A stretch of 62,532 nucleotides of DNA, the filler included, from Sphacelaria rigidula (lineage: Eukaryota), in NCBI GenBank assembly GCA_964200075.2. It is 11 parts of 11 records of this genome, joined end to end, with 100 filler letters (N's around TTAATTAATTAA, not from the genome) between each part and the next. Parts side by side here need not be neighbours in the genome. Positions count along the whole stretch, not along the records: positions 11,389 to 16,982 come from CAXNAA020026011.1; positions 17,083 to 22,676 come from CAXNAA020026012.1; positions 22,777 to 28,370 come from CAXNAA020026013.1; 8 more parts are not named here. One strand, written 5' to 3'. Every line of letters begins with the position of its first letter. The stretch's first letter is position 1. The notes beneath the pieces are model-generated. The model had not been told where the DNA came from, searched no databases, and saw only the letters and a program-made list of their open reading frames with translations. The position numbers and the translations under genes are program-made. Below, piece after piece: positions 11,878 to 23,504 of the stretch.

Positions 11878-13788
11878 GTTACGGCATAACGGATGAGTTG
11901 GTCCGAGAGTAGTACAGTATGTAAAGCGAACAAGCTTCCACTCGCTGTCTCGTGGACCAGGGGGTTGATTAGTGTCACATTTGTAGCGCAGTCTACTGGT
12001 AAGGTGGCACACCAACCGGCACTTGAAACGATTTTCGGCAGTTCAAATCCTCACAGGTGTAATCTTTGTACTGTCATTGAAGAATGTGGCTTCCGTAGTT
12101 TGAAGCGTTTGACCGGGCTTCAGTATTGCTGAGATCCAATGCTCGGTAGTGAATTGTCAGAAGGGTACCGAGAGATGGGTTGATATTTGGAAGCTATTGA
12201 CTGCTCCCGTGTGAGGGGAAGGGAGGGGTAAGTGTAGCCATGATCCATGCCGTAGTAATGACACCGTCGACCTCGCATCCCTGTAAAGCGTGGACGGAGC
12301 ACGCCAGGTTTTTGCCGGACCGGGCTAGTAATCACCAAGCGCGAACCACCGTGATGGATGCGACCAGTCGCGTGAGGGGTAATGTGCATCCTGCTAAGAT
12401 TATTCGGCCCGAAGCGTACTAATCGTCGTGCATATGGATGACATCCTTGGATGAGCTGCTTCGTTTTCTTGTATCGCCACTTCCAGAGACAGCAAAGGGT
12501 TACACAATGCCTCATTACTAGGTGGGGGAGGCGGGGGGAGAGGTGTACTCATGATCATGCATGCCATAGTCACAAGACCATTGGAGGGGGTGGGGGAGGG
12601 GGGGTACTCAGTTGTTGCTTGTAGTAATCATGTGACCACTGACAACGCATCGAGTAGGGGGTGGGGGTGATGAGAGAAGGAGGGTTGGAAATATGTATGG
12701 CGAAAAAAAATATGTAACAAGAGACAAGCTAAGCACATGTCCGTTGTGTTTTTGTGCATACGAATGAACGGTCGTTGAAGTTCAAATTCCAAGCTTGTGT
12801 TTAGATAAGATACACCCGGAAATGGGGGATTTTTGGCTGGCACACTGAAGACCATACCAGAATGCGTACCGAGTATTCCGGTATTGTTCGGTAGGGTGTC
12901 TAGCCCTATTTGGAATACCCCGGTATGGTTTGGAAGCGTATTCACAGATGAAATACCTCTTGTATTCTTCTGTAGATACCCCAATTTTGAGCCCGTATAC
13001 CCTACAGAACACGACCTTGAAAGCTGATCTTGAAAATCCTTGGCCGGCCGGAGCTCTCCATATAGAATCTAGATGGGCTAATTGAAATATGTGAATATGC
13101 AGGTGCTTGGGGGCATAGCGTCACACCGTAGACAATAGATTGCATCGTAAAAAAGTGTACTGCGCCGTACAGCATGAAATTTGTTGCCTACTGCTGCAAC
13201 AGACGCAATGGCCTATACTGTACGCGGTACACTTTTGTGGTTGTCCAGGGTGTGTATGGTATGCACGAGTCTGTGATTGTGAACAGGTATGTTGCAATTG
13301 ACGCTGGTTTTCACAATCAGAGAGGAGCATGCCCAGCTATATAGCGTCGGGACCACGGATGTTGAAAGGCTGGTGGGTGAGGCGATGTTGTTCCGAGAAA
13401 AGATTGAGCACCCGAGGGAACGAGGTGTTGAAGCAAATTGCGGAAGTGATCACCCATGACAGGACAAGAGTTTGCGTACAAGACTAATGAGACGAACCAG
13501 GGTTCGAATCATGGTCTCGTGGGGAAGGGGCTGGTGCAGTCATTCTCCAGTAGTGTTTGTGCGAGGAAATCACGTTTGTGTTTATTGAAAATAATTGTGT
13601 CGAAACGTTTTGCACTCAGCTACCAAACTATCTCGTGTTCCCGTGCGATACATGTATTATCTATATGTAAATATGAGGTAAAACATGAAGGTTTTATCTT
13701 GATCCTCCACCCCTTCTCCCTCCCCCTGTTTATCTCGATGATCGTACACGTGACAAAATACATTAAACGTGGAACAAGAAAAACTCAG

Positions 13789-14121
13789 GCGTTCCCCTCT
13801 TCAGCCGGCCTGAAAAAGCTCTGTCGAGGACTACGGGACGCGGGTAGTACCGACGATAGCAGTGACAGCAGTGATAGCAGCAGTGATAGCAGTAGTGATA
13901 GCAGTAGTCATGATGATGGCGAGAGCAGCAGCAGTCATGATGACGGCGAGAGCAGTTACAGCGTGGAGGATGACGACGTGCTATGTCCGGGCGCGGGGCA
14001 GAGAGGGTCGGTGGTCGTGGCGACAGCGCACGAGCTCCAGGAAATTGTCGGCTTCGGGGGAGCGTTCACGGACGCTTCGACTCAGAATTTGTACAAGCTC
14101 CCCGAGGCTATTCAGGAAAAG
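13789..14121 (+). CDS. GBA: Glucosylceramidase (glycoside hydrolase family 30), internal exon A
   Basis: CAG acceptor and GTAAAT donor; encodes QEIVGFGGAFTDA, the conserved GH30 motif. The 5' boundary is less certain than the 3' boundary. Confidence 0.88.
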
Positions 14122-14570
14122 GTAAATCTTGCTCCTCTGTCCTGTTGTGTTGTGTCGTGTGTCGTGTGTCGTGTGTTGTGTTTTCCGTTTTTTCTGTTTT
14201 TTCTGTTTTCTCGACCCAGCACAAGAAGTCCTCGAGGCTACCCAGTTTTTTTTTTTTTTGTTTAACTTATTTACTTAAGGTTTTTTGTTTTTTTTTGTTT
14301 TTATTCGTTGCGTTTTCGTTTNNNNNNNNNNCTCGACCCAGCACAAGAAGTCCTCGAGGCTACCCAGTTTTTTTTTTTTGTGGTACAACGTATCCAGTGG
14401 AGGTGGTCGGGTTGCTCTTGGTGTTATTCGTAGCGTTGTCGTCGACGTCGTCGTCGTCGTTGTTGTTGTTATTTCCGCTTATTAGCCCCATCTCTCGAAC
14501 CCGTGGTCCCATACGCACTACCATTCCTTACAAATCACACGTACATATATATAGAAATATATGATAAGTA

Positions 14571-14601
<31 letters not shown>

Positions 14602-14671
14602 AAGTTGTTCCGTTTGGTTGGGTCCTACAACAGCCACCACTCACAACAACAACAACATTCCCAAATATCAG

Positions 14672-14836
14672 GTATTGGACGCCTATTTCGGTCCAAGAGG
14701 AATCGAGTACACGGTCGGGCGGATTCCCATGGGGAGCTGCGACTTCAGCACGGAGCAGTACAGCTTCGACGACGTGCCGGGGGACTACAACCTTACGCAC
14801 TTTGACAACGGCGTCACTAAGGACACGGCGCAGAGG
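14672..14836 (+). CDS. GBA: GH30 glucosylceramidase exon B
   Basis: CAG...GTGAGA, phase 0; VLDAYFGPRGIEYTVGRIPMGSCDFSTEQYSFDDVPGDYNLTHF matches the GH30 R.PM.SCDFS...Y..DD..GD motif. Confidence 0.95.
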
Positions 14837-15039
14837 GTGAGAAACTTTGGAGGGGACGGGGGCATCGCCCACAGATGGGTAGATCAATGAAAATAACTTG
14901 TTTCGTGTTTTTGTTGCGTGGAATTCACCAGTACACTAATAGCGGTATACTTTTTTTAAAATTCTGGCACAATTAAAGTCTTGCTTTTCCTCGCGACGAT
15001 TATTGTATCAAGTGGTGAACTCTCTCTCTCTCTCTCTCC

Positions 15040-15272
15040 GGTGCATGCCTTGCATTTTGGTATATCGCGGGTTGGATCGGCACTACTCCCACACCGCGTC
15101 GGCTCTCGTCGTGGAGTTGAGCTCTCTGCTGCTACTCACGTTCTCACTTGTTCAGAGACGGGAGATGAGCTACTTCCAGGAAAAATCCCCGAATGTAGTT
15201 GCCGGGAATCGAACCCGCATCCTTTCGACCTTGAAGCTTTTTCAGTCGCACAGTACGATTCGATCACCGGGG
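15040..15272 (-). mobile_element. Degenerate tRNA-derived SINE in a GBA intron
   Basis: The minus strand has a B box GGTTCGATTCC in a tRNA-like head, followed by a body ending at a (GA)n tract. Confidence 0.55.
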
Positions 15273-15557
15273 TGTCGTGTGACGCATGTATGTATATATA
15301 CACTATATACATGTGCTTGAGAGAGTCAAAATGTCTTTATTTGAGGTGTTGATGCTGTCGAGCATTTTGGCGAGCGCGACGCGGACCCTGCGCATAACAG
15401 GAAGGGTACCATCACGGCAAATCCCATCTGGCGGAAGGTCGTTCCCATGTGCCGTATCATACAACCAACTGTTCATGCTCCGTTTGACACGGGTAACGTG
15501 GGATGCACCCCCTTCCCCTCGCCCCCCGCGCGCGCCTCCTCCGCGACCGCTCGGCAG

Positions 15558-15641
15558 ATCCCGATGATTTTAGAAGCTTTGAAGCGCGAGGAGGACCTGA
15601 AGCTATTTGTCTCGCCGTGGAGTCCTCCCGCTTGGATGAAG
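15558..15641 (+). CDS. GBA: GH30 glucosylceramidase exon C
   Basis: CAG...GTGC, phase 0; IPMILEALKREEDLKLFVSPWSPPAWMK contains the SPWSPP.WMK motif. Confidence 0.95.
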
Positions 15642-15699
15642 GTGCTTTATATGTTGTCGTTATCTAATCATTTACCTTGTGCCTTTTTGCTTTGCTTTG

Positions 15700-15700
<1 letters not shown>

Positions 15701-15751
<51 letters not shown>
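15701..15751. repeat. (TG)25 microsatellite
   Basis: Seen directly. Confidence 0.99.
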
Positions 15752-15753
<2 letters not shown>

Positions 15754-16634
15754 CATGGCGTGGCGCATCGTGCAGCATGTCTGCGGCGATTGGCTTGTCG
15801 TCCCCCTTCTGCGTTCTCGTCGCATTGATCCACTGTCAAGATAAGAGAAGTGTCTTTTTTTCGAGAGGCGTCTTCGTTTTTGTGGGTATGATTTCGGTGC
15901 TTCTTCTACAAGTATACCTCTTGATTTTTTTTTTTTTTCCCCAAGTATATAATACCCAATACCCAATACCCGGTGCAGTTTTTGTTATTTGCTTTTCTGT
16001 CTCGCTCAGCCGTTTTTTCCCATGCGCTTTCATTCCCCGCCGCTTTGAAAGCGGGGGAGGATATCCCACTTGTCATGTTTCGGGGGAAGAGACGGTGTGA
16101 TCCCTTGAGACTACAAAGTCTCCCCGAGTAAGACCAAGAGTTTCAAACATAACGGAAAAAAAATAATGCCACGATAGGGGTTCACTTTTTTTTTTTTTCT
16201 GAGACTCTTTGTTGCAGGAGCCTCGCGGTGACAAATATGTGGGCCTTAGTATGCAGCCTCAGAAGACGTTTGGACTGAAAAGTGCACCCCTACTGTGGCA
16301 TCACTCAATAGAGAAAAACAAAATGTGATTGATGCTCATGTCGGTGACTATGCCGCCATCAGCTCAAGTTCCCGTCGGTGTGCGTATGTTTGATGTTGGT
16401 TTCGAAGGGGTGTAGGGGGGGAGAAAACACATAGAAATGTTAAGGTCTTGTGCGCCGTATAATTTCAGTCAACGTCAACTGTTCATGCTATTGCTTTAGG
16501 TGTCTAGCTCAACGGTTCGCTAGCTATCTCCCTTTACCTCCCAGAGACCCCCAAAATACCTTTGGTAATGGTGCTTCCATGAAGACCTTTATTTTCACTT
16601 CTTGTTTTATTTATATTTTTCGGGTCCCAAATAG

Positions 16635-16760
16635 ACGCCCAGAGATGGAGTTCAGCGCATGATCAAGAGCGCTATGCCGCAGGGACTGTTGGAGGATGAC
16701 AGAGTGCACGCCGCGTGGGCGCTGTTCTTTAGCAAGTTCATCGAGGCGTACAAGAATCTG
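16635..16760 (+). CDS. GBA: GH30 glucosylceramidase exon D (not in the ORF track); the gene continues beyond the scaffold
   Basis: TAG...GTGAGG, phase 0; translated by hand as TPRDGVQRMIKSAMPQGLLEDDRVHAAWALFFSKFIEAYKNL, matching the GH30 WA.YF.KF..AY motif. Confidence 0.92.
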
Positions 16761-17542
16761 GTGAGGAAGATAGAGAGACAGAGAGACAGGTGGAGATGCA
16801 TTTTTTGCTCACTCATTTTCTGACTGAGAAAATGAAACGGGGGAAAAGGCTTGACTTTCTTGTACTCGTATGGTGAGAGAGATGGCGAGGCATTTTTTGC
16901 TCACTCATTCCTTACTAGGATGGTGAAGGAGGGGGGGGTGTACTCATTATCATGCATGCCATAGTCATCAGACCATTGACCTNNNNNNNNNNNNNNNNNN
17001 NNNNNNNNNNNNNNNNNNNNNNNNNNTTAATTAATTAANNNNNNNNNNNNNNNNNNNNNNNNNNNNNNNNNNNNNNNNNNNNCTGGGACGGAACACGCCG
17101 GATTTTCTCCTGACCAGGCTTGCAATCAATCCCCAAGCGCAAAGCGCCGTGGTGTGTTCGGCGAGTCGCATGAAGGGTGAGCTGCATCTTGCTAACATTG
17201 TTCGGCCAGAAGCCTACTGGTTTATCTTGCATTTGGACGACAGCCTACGATGAGTTGCTTCACTTCATTCTCTAGTATCGCCACTTCCGGACACAGCCAC
17301 GGCTTATACGTTGCCTCATGGGTGTCTCATCATTCAAACACTACGTAGTACGATCATCCCCATCGTGCCGAGCGGAGGTTCTTCTACATCGCACAACATG
17401 ATCTAGCTCCCTTTCGAGACAAGTCACGTTGGGGGAGGGGGGATAAGGTGCACATTGACTACTCAAACAGCTCTGACGATCCAAAACTGGCGCTCGTCAA
17501 TCACGCCACCACACGGAAATAAAAATAGTACACAGGTGGTAG

Positions 17543-18578
17543 TAGGGCAGGGTACAAAGTCGAGTACTTGAACATGTCGACACCCTGGGTACTCCGAGTA
17601 TCCTCGATGGTCTGTACCCAAGGTATCCTTGAATACTGTACATTGAATTGTTCATGCCCCGGGTACATGGGGTACTCAGTACAAGTCCTTGGTACTCCTG
17701 AAGCCAAACCGGATACTATAGAGGGCGGGTGCCTAAGGTACTCTGGGATACCCAGTACTTCCTCCAATCCGTACCCCGAGTACCCCAGAACACTGATTTT
17801 TTTAGCAGTCGATACTAGCGGCGATAATCCGTATACCCTAATATACTGCGTATTTCTACCGGTCAATACCCTGCATGCCCTGGAATACCCAGCATTTGCC
17901 ACCGGCAGCACCTCGTGTACCCGCAATACTGTGCGCGATTTTTTGGGGGTAACAAACCGGGCGTTTCGGTGCGCGTAGGTATCCAGTACTTTCGCCAGTC
18001 GACATCCTCCGTACTGTGGGGTACTCGGGATTTAAGGGGGTTGCTACCCTGCGTACCCTGGAGTACGTTACTGTACCGAGTAGGCTCATATTCGTCAAAG
18101 AGGGCAGGGGGGGGGGGGGATCTTGTGATGTACGACCAGGCGACGAGGTTCAAAAACACTAGATTGTCTTTGGCCATATGAGGACAGATTTTAATCCAGG
18201 AATGATGGGTATATACCTGGAAAAACTATGTTTTTTGGCACTTCATACTCTGGAGAACGTGGAAGATCAAGTGTTTTCAATAGTCCGTGCCCTGGTCATC
18301 CTGGAACAGGCAGTATATTTTCATAGTTAGTACCCCCTGCGCACCCGAAGTGGCACATACTCTCAGTCATCCGGATACAAAATCAGGTATTTGCGAGGCT
18401 GTGTACCTGAGGTACCCAAGAACACTGAGTATGACCGATACTCGTCATCCTACGTGTCCGACGCGCTTATTAACGCACTCTCTACTTGCACCCTGTATTC
18501 CGGGTGCAACACCGGGCATGTCGGGGGGCGAGTATCCCACAGTGCCCAGTACTGAAAAACAGTCAGTCCCTGCACTAC
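17543..18578. repeat. Degenerate repeat dense in GGGTAC/GTACCC/GAGTAC motifs, possibly an old hAT-like non-autonomous element
   Basis: Many dispersed copies of these motifs in both orientations and weak termini TAGGGCAGGG / CCCTGCACTA. No target-site duplication was found. Confidence 0.4.
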
Positions 18579-19048
18579 AGAACATTACACACGTCGAACG
18601 AGCACGAGTATGACTCGTAGCACTCGCACTCGTTGGGCTGCTAGCGTCAAGCTCCAAGCTCGCTTTCATTTTCTTCAAGCCCCCCCCCCCGACAGATCAG
18701 AGCTTCACCACATGGCGGAGAGTATATCTCGAGTAGTACACTTATAGGGCGAGTACTCGATTCATCGATCGTTGTGGAAAAATTAATGAGTCAAGCACAC
18801 GAGTCATTGCTCGTTGTGAAAAAAAAACAATGACTCGCGTTGTGGAAGAATCGTTGTGAAAAAAAATTAATGACTCGAAGACACGAGTCATGCTCGTCGT
18901 CTTTCAAAAACACATACACGAGTGCACTCGTTTCGACGAGTAGTGCCTCGTCCAACATGTTGAACATCACCGCTGTCGACACCATGAGTATATGGGGATA
19001 AGCAAGTATTTTAAATATTGTAGACCGCACGCTGCGTACCTGGAGCTC

Positions 19049-19050
<2 letters not shown>

Positions 19051-19093
<43 letters not shown>

Positions 19094-19114
19094 CATTATT
19101 ATTATTATTATTAT

Positions 19115-19164
<50 letters not shown>

Positions 19165-19290
19165 TTACTATTACTATTATTTTCGCACATTGGTCTGATC
19201 TCGCGAACCCGTGGTCACAGACGTGGGCTCGCCTTTCCAGTACCGTTTCCTGCTATTCCTTACAAAACACATTACCAAAAAACAAAAATA
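19051..19290 (-). mobile_element. Retroposon 3' end with an expanded (AAT/AGT)n tail; related copies at about 14468-14540 (-) and 35245-35360 (+)
   Basis: The shared sequence GTAAGGAATAGCAGG...CCACGGGTTCGCGAGATC..ACYAATGTGCG is immediately followed by (AAT)n or (AAC)n in all three copies. Confidence 0.75.
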
Positions 19291-19689
19291 AGAAGAGAGA
19301 CGCCACGAAAACCGGTGAGAAGTAGCTCCCCCGAGTTCAACGGGGAGAGAAAAGAAAGAAAGAAAGAAAAACACACGAACAACAAACGCCAGATCTGTCA
19401 AAAATGTACACCGAAAGAAAGGAAGAAATCTGTAGATGTTCAAAGTCGATATCCGTGTGTACCCAGAGGTATTTCGTGGGTACTTCATATACCCTGAAAA
19501 ATTTGGTACCCCAGAATACGTGCCTACTCTATAACCAACCTGCGAATTAGGCTTCCGTGCTGAGTGCACTGATTGTTTGATTGTTGTCTCGACGAAAATT
19601 TCTTACTTTCTCCCATACTGTAGATTTCGGTACCACTTACGTCTGCATCAACGCTGGACGCCAGGTGAGCAGTACAGGGGAACGCACAA

Positions 19690-20975
19690 CTGGCACGCGC
19701 CGGGACACGATCGTCTCCCTAAAGAGCTATTCAAGATCGATGGCCGCGTCGAACGCACCGTTCTTAGACGCTCCCATGCCATTCTCGTCAATATGCGGAA
19801 CGGATGGGAGGTCTAACAGGAGTGGGAAGACACAACGATCGCAGTGCTGAACAAGATATCAGACCGATTCAACTGCAACCGCTGCATGGGGACATCACCG
19901 GTCTCGCACGCAGTAAGATTGCTCAAGATAGTAGCCGACCGCCTCTGGAACCACTGGAAAGCCCACGGGATCCTACCGGATCAACAGTGCGGTCTCAAAC
20001 CTGATCGATCCACCGTCGACATGCTGTTTATAGTGCGCCGACTCCAGGAGCAGGGGTGGCGGCGGAGAATATCACCGTGCATGTGCTTCATCGACCTACA
20101 GAACGTCCACGATTCGGTCGACCGAGAGGTTCTACGGCAAGTGCTGGCCCGAGTCGGTATTCCGCATAGATGATCGCAGTTATCCGCCATTTTGACCACG
20201 GCATGCATGACCGCGTACACACGGACGACGGGGAGCTCTCGGGAGTGGTTCGAGGTCACACAGGGACTGCGGCAGGGATGTGTGCTGCCTCCCCTGCTGT
20301 TCAATATTTTCTTCGCAGCGATGCTCGAGCTCGTCCTCGTGCGATTCAGCGAGGACGGCATTATCCTCGAGAACATGGTTTACATACCTAGAGGAGGAGA
20401 TGGGGAGGGGGGCAGAGACACCGCTGGAACGCGTACTGAGAGCGATATGGGGTATGCCGTTTGACTACTACGCCGGCGTCTTTTCGAGATCCCTCGACGG
20501 GCTGGAAAGGATGATGACAGTCATTGGTGGATGTGTTTGGGGCATTTGGACTGACGGTGTTGGAGAAGACAGAGACTCTCCTTGATCCGAGTAACGGAGA
20601 AGACACCGAAGGAGGGGGAGCCACCGCCGCTACCAACACCACCTCGCTCGCCACTCGTCATGGAAGCAGCGGGCCAGGAAGACGCACACACCACTCAGTG
20701 CAGATACTTGGGCGATCTCATCATCGAAGACGGCGAACTCACAAAAATTATCACCAACCAGAGAGCAGCGTGGGCGTGCATCAGGATATTTTACCAGAAG
20801 CTCGTGGCACACCGAAAGCGCCGTGGGAACTCAAGGTCCGACTGCCGAAAGCGGAGGCAATGGAGGCCCTGCTGTACGGGTGCGTGAAGTGGACTCCCTG
20901 CCGCGGGCGCTTTCAGTCGCTGAGAAGGACATACCACCGGCTCCTCTTGGGAGTTGTTGGATCCCGCTATCACGT
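19690..20975 (+). mobile_element. RTE-clade LINE reverse transcriptase pseudogene
   Basis: Frameshifted motifs APGHDRLPKELFK, ILPDQQCGLKPDRSTVDMLFIVRRLQE, CFIDLQNVHDSVDR, GLRQGCVLPPLLFNIFF, a destroyed YADD (MPFDYYAG), RYLG and EALLYGC. Confidence 0.92.
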
Positions 20976-21812
20976 ATTGTGAGTTTTTGGACAAGGAGTC
21001 TCAGAGTCCTGTTCGGTTAGGTACTTCAGCTAGCTCATGACCTGTCCGACTTATGAAAGAGTGTGGTTCCTGGATACCCTCCACGATATTTGTCGTTCAT
21101 CATCTTTTTTATTCTACACAGCCTTGTAATCGAAAGCCATGCTGCAGTGCTCGGCCATCTCTTAGTCGGTCGTTGTTCATTTTTTGTTTTTTTCCTGCAA
21201 CATTCTTTTTTTTGTTCTTGTCACCTCTCAATGTTGTTCAGTAAGTTTACCTCTCCGGTTCATTTTTTTCTTCCATTTTTTTTTCTTGGTTGCCCGTCAA
21301 CTGTGTTCACTTCACTCCCTTTGTTCTATCTTGCTTGCGTCGTCTGCCTATTCCGAGTTTCCCTCAGTGAGTGTTCCCATCTCGTGTATCTTGGAGACGT
21401 CTCATTCGTAGCCTCGGCTGAACCCCTTGGAGATCAGCTCATGCGCGAGAACCAGCCAACTACCATAAGTGTGTGAAGAAAAAATGTATGTATATATGTA
21501 TGTACCGTACTGTACGGTACAGTACGATATTGTGAAGGATAATACCCACGATGAAATTATTGCCTGTATACGACAAAAAAAACTGATCCCCCATCCATGT
21601 GAAAAATATCTTCTCACCCATCCATGATTCGAGCGATCATCATTTTTTGCTGCTGTTTATTCCGCGTGTTTCCACTTGTTGCTGCTTCGTAATCTTGGCC
21701 CACGGAAAATATTTCACACGTCAGACGAGTCATTACTCGTCGAAAAAAGTGCATTCGTGGCAGTTTCTGGAGAACACACCGAGCATGACACGTGTGCTCG
21801 AGCCATTCTTCT

Positions 21813-22203
21813 TTCACAACGATCAATGACTCGAGTGTTCGCCTTATCAATTTTTTGCACCCCGGCCAGTGACTCAAGTGCTCGTCTTTCTGTTTTTTTT
21901 TCACAACGAGCAATGATCGGAGTTCTCGCTCTATTATTTTTTTGCACAACGAGCAATGACTCGAGTGCTCGTCTTTCTAATTTTTTTTTTTCACAACGAG
22001 CAATGACCGGAGTTCTCGCCCTGTTAATGTTTTGCACAACGAGCAATGACTTGAGTGCCCGTCTTTCTATTTTTTTTTTCACAACGAGCAATGACCGGAG
22101 TTCTCGCCCTGTTAATGTTTCGCACAACGAGCAATGACTTGAGTGCTCGTCTTTCTATTTTTTTTTTCACAACGAGCAATGACCGGAGTTCTCGCCCTGT
22201 TAA
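21813..22203. repeat. Minisatellite of about 88-bp units built from two CACAACGAGCAATGAC sub-repeats; a related inverted array lies at about 18770-18900
   Basis: About 4.5 units of TCACAACGAGCAATGACCGGAGTTCTCGCCCTGTTAATGTTT.GCACAACGAGCAATGACTTGAGTGCTCGTCTTTCTAT(T)n. Confidence 0.92.
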
Positions 22204-22676
22204 CCCTTTGGGAACCCTCCCCTTCCGTCCCCGGGCCAGACGCCTCATTATGAGAAGCCCTGACAAAGAAGAAAAGATGGAAACAGAAAAGACCGAAAGC
22301 AACCATTTTCACTGTGGAAGACCGAAGACGACTCCAGATGCACACGTTGTGGATGTACCGAAAATGAAATCCCGGGACGGTCCGGTTGGGTTTGTCCAAT
22401 GATATCACGCGACGGGCGAAGTGTGTCCAATTGTCAATTGTGTGCATCGACGAAACTCTCGCGAAACTGTACAAACTCCCATACATAAGATTTTTGTCAG
22501 TAGAATCTGTGAAAAACCTCAGTTGAGGTCGGTGCACCAATATGTCACATTGTTATACTTGAAATTAGAGTTGCGCACTATTATACTTGAAATTAGATTA
22601 CTGCACTGTTTCGGTGGGCTGCATCATCAAGAGTTGGCGAGCGTAAAGACCCACACAACTGTATACGGCCGGCGAC
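22204..22676. mobile_element. End of a piggyBac-like element; a second copy lies at 51086-51146
   Basis: TTAA|CCCTTTGGGAACCCTCCC...GAGAAGCCCTGAC is almost identical on two scaffolds, and identity stops at the TTAA. TTAA followed by CCC is the piggyBac signature. Confidence 0.8.
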
Positions 22677-23348
22677 NNNNNNNNNNNNNNNNNNNNNNNN
22701 NNNNNNNNNNNNNNNNNNNNTTAATTAATTAANNNNNNNNNNNNNNNNNNNNNNNNNNNNNNNNNNNNNNNNNNNNGCATCAGCTTCGTCGGGGTTTCAT
22801 TTTTCCAACGAACCCAACTATAGGATGATCGGAAGGGTTTGAATGCGCAAACGATTAAGCGTCCACAGGTACCCAGAGTTATGAAACAGAGGAAGTATAT
22901 CCGATTCTAATATATTATTTTATTGTGGTAATTGGAGCTCCCTCTCACCACTTTCGTCCAGCAATAGATCACACGAGCAGAAAGACCGCGGTGTTGTCCT
23001 TGGCACCTGCTTGTTGCCCCCAGGCCCCGTTTGCCTAGACTAACCCCCTGTGGTACATACAGCACCCCCTGATATACCTCCCGCAGAGCACGTGACAAAG
23101 TTTGATGACCGACCCTCTACCAACACCAACACCAACACTAACACTAACACACACAAGAGATAGATCGTCCTCAACTAAAAACACCGAAAAACTATGAGAT
23201 ATCATCGTGTAAGCCATTATAAATGACGCCCCTTGCACGCGGTACCCGTCCTCATTTCATGTACGGCCAACACCCATAAACCGGTACTCTCGTATATATA
23301 TATATGCAGTTAATTTCTAGATTGACTCAACAAGCGATTACTACTCAC

Positions 23349-23504
23349 CAGAGGGAATGGGGACATATCTCGACTGGTTAACTTCCCTCGTTCGGCAGAT
23401 TTCACAGTACGTACAAGGGCATTCGGACCACTGCCCTCCATCGCCTCCTACCCCACTACTTCCTGTACTTCCCTTCCTAGCTTCGACACTACACCTCAAG
23501 ATCC
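23349..23504 (-). CDS. Candidate exon of an unidentified gene
   Basis: CAG acceptor, strong GTGAGT donor, open frame ILRCSVEARKG...WSECPCTYCEICRTREVNQSRYVPIPS, and T-rich intron-like flanks on this strand. No homology was recognised. Confidence 0.3.

Noticed and set aside
14210..14380. Direct repeat CTCGACCCAGCACAAGAAGTCCTCGAGGCTACCCAG on both sides of a 10-N gap (similar case at 36310-36580)
   Set aside because: This looks like an unresolved overlap at a scaffold gap next to homopolymers, most likely an assembly artefact.
16930..17140. Apparent continuity of one repeat across the linker, suggesting scaffolds 3 and 4 are adjacent
   Set aside because: Scaffolds are ordered by length and many ends fall in this same high-copy repeat, so coincidence is sufficient.
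21813..22203. Repeat-spacer pattern resembling a CRISPR array
   Set aside because: The spacers themselves alternate and repeat, there are no cas genes and the context is eukaryotic; it is a minisatellite.
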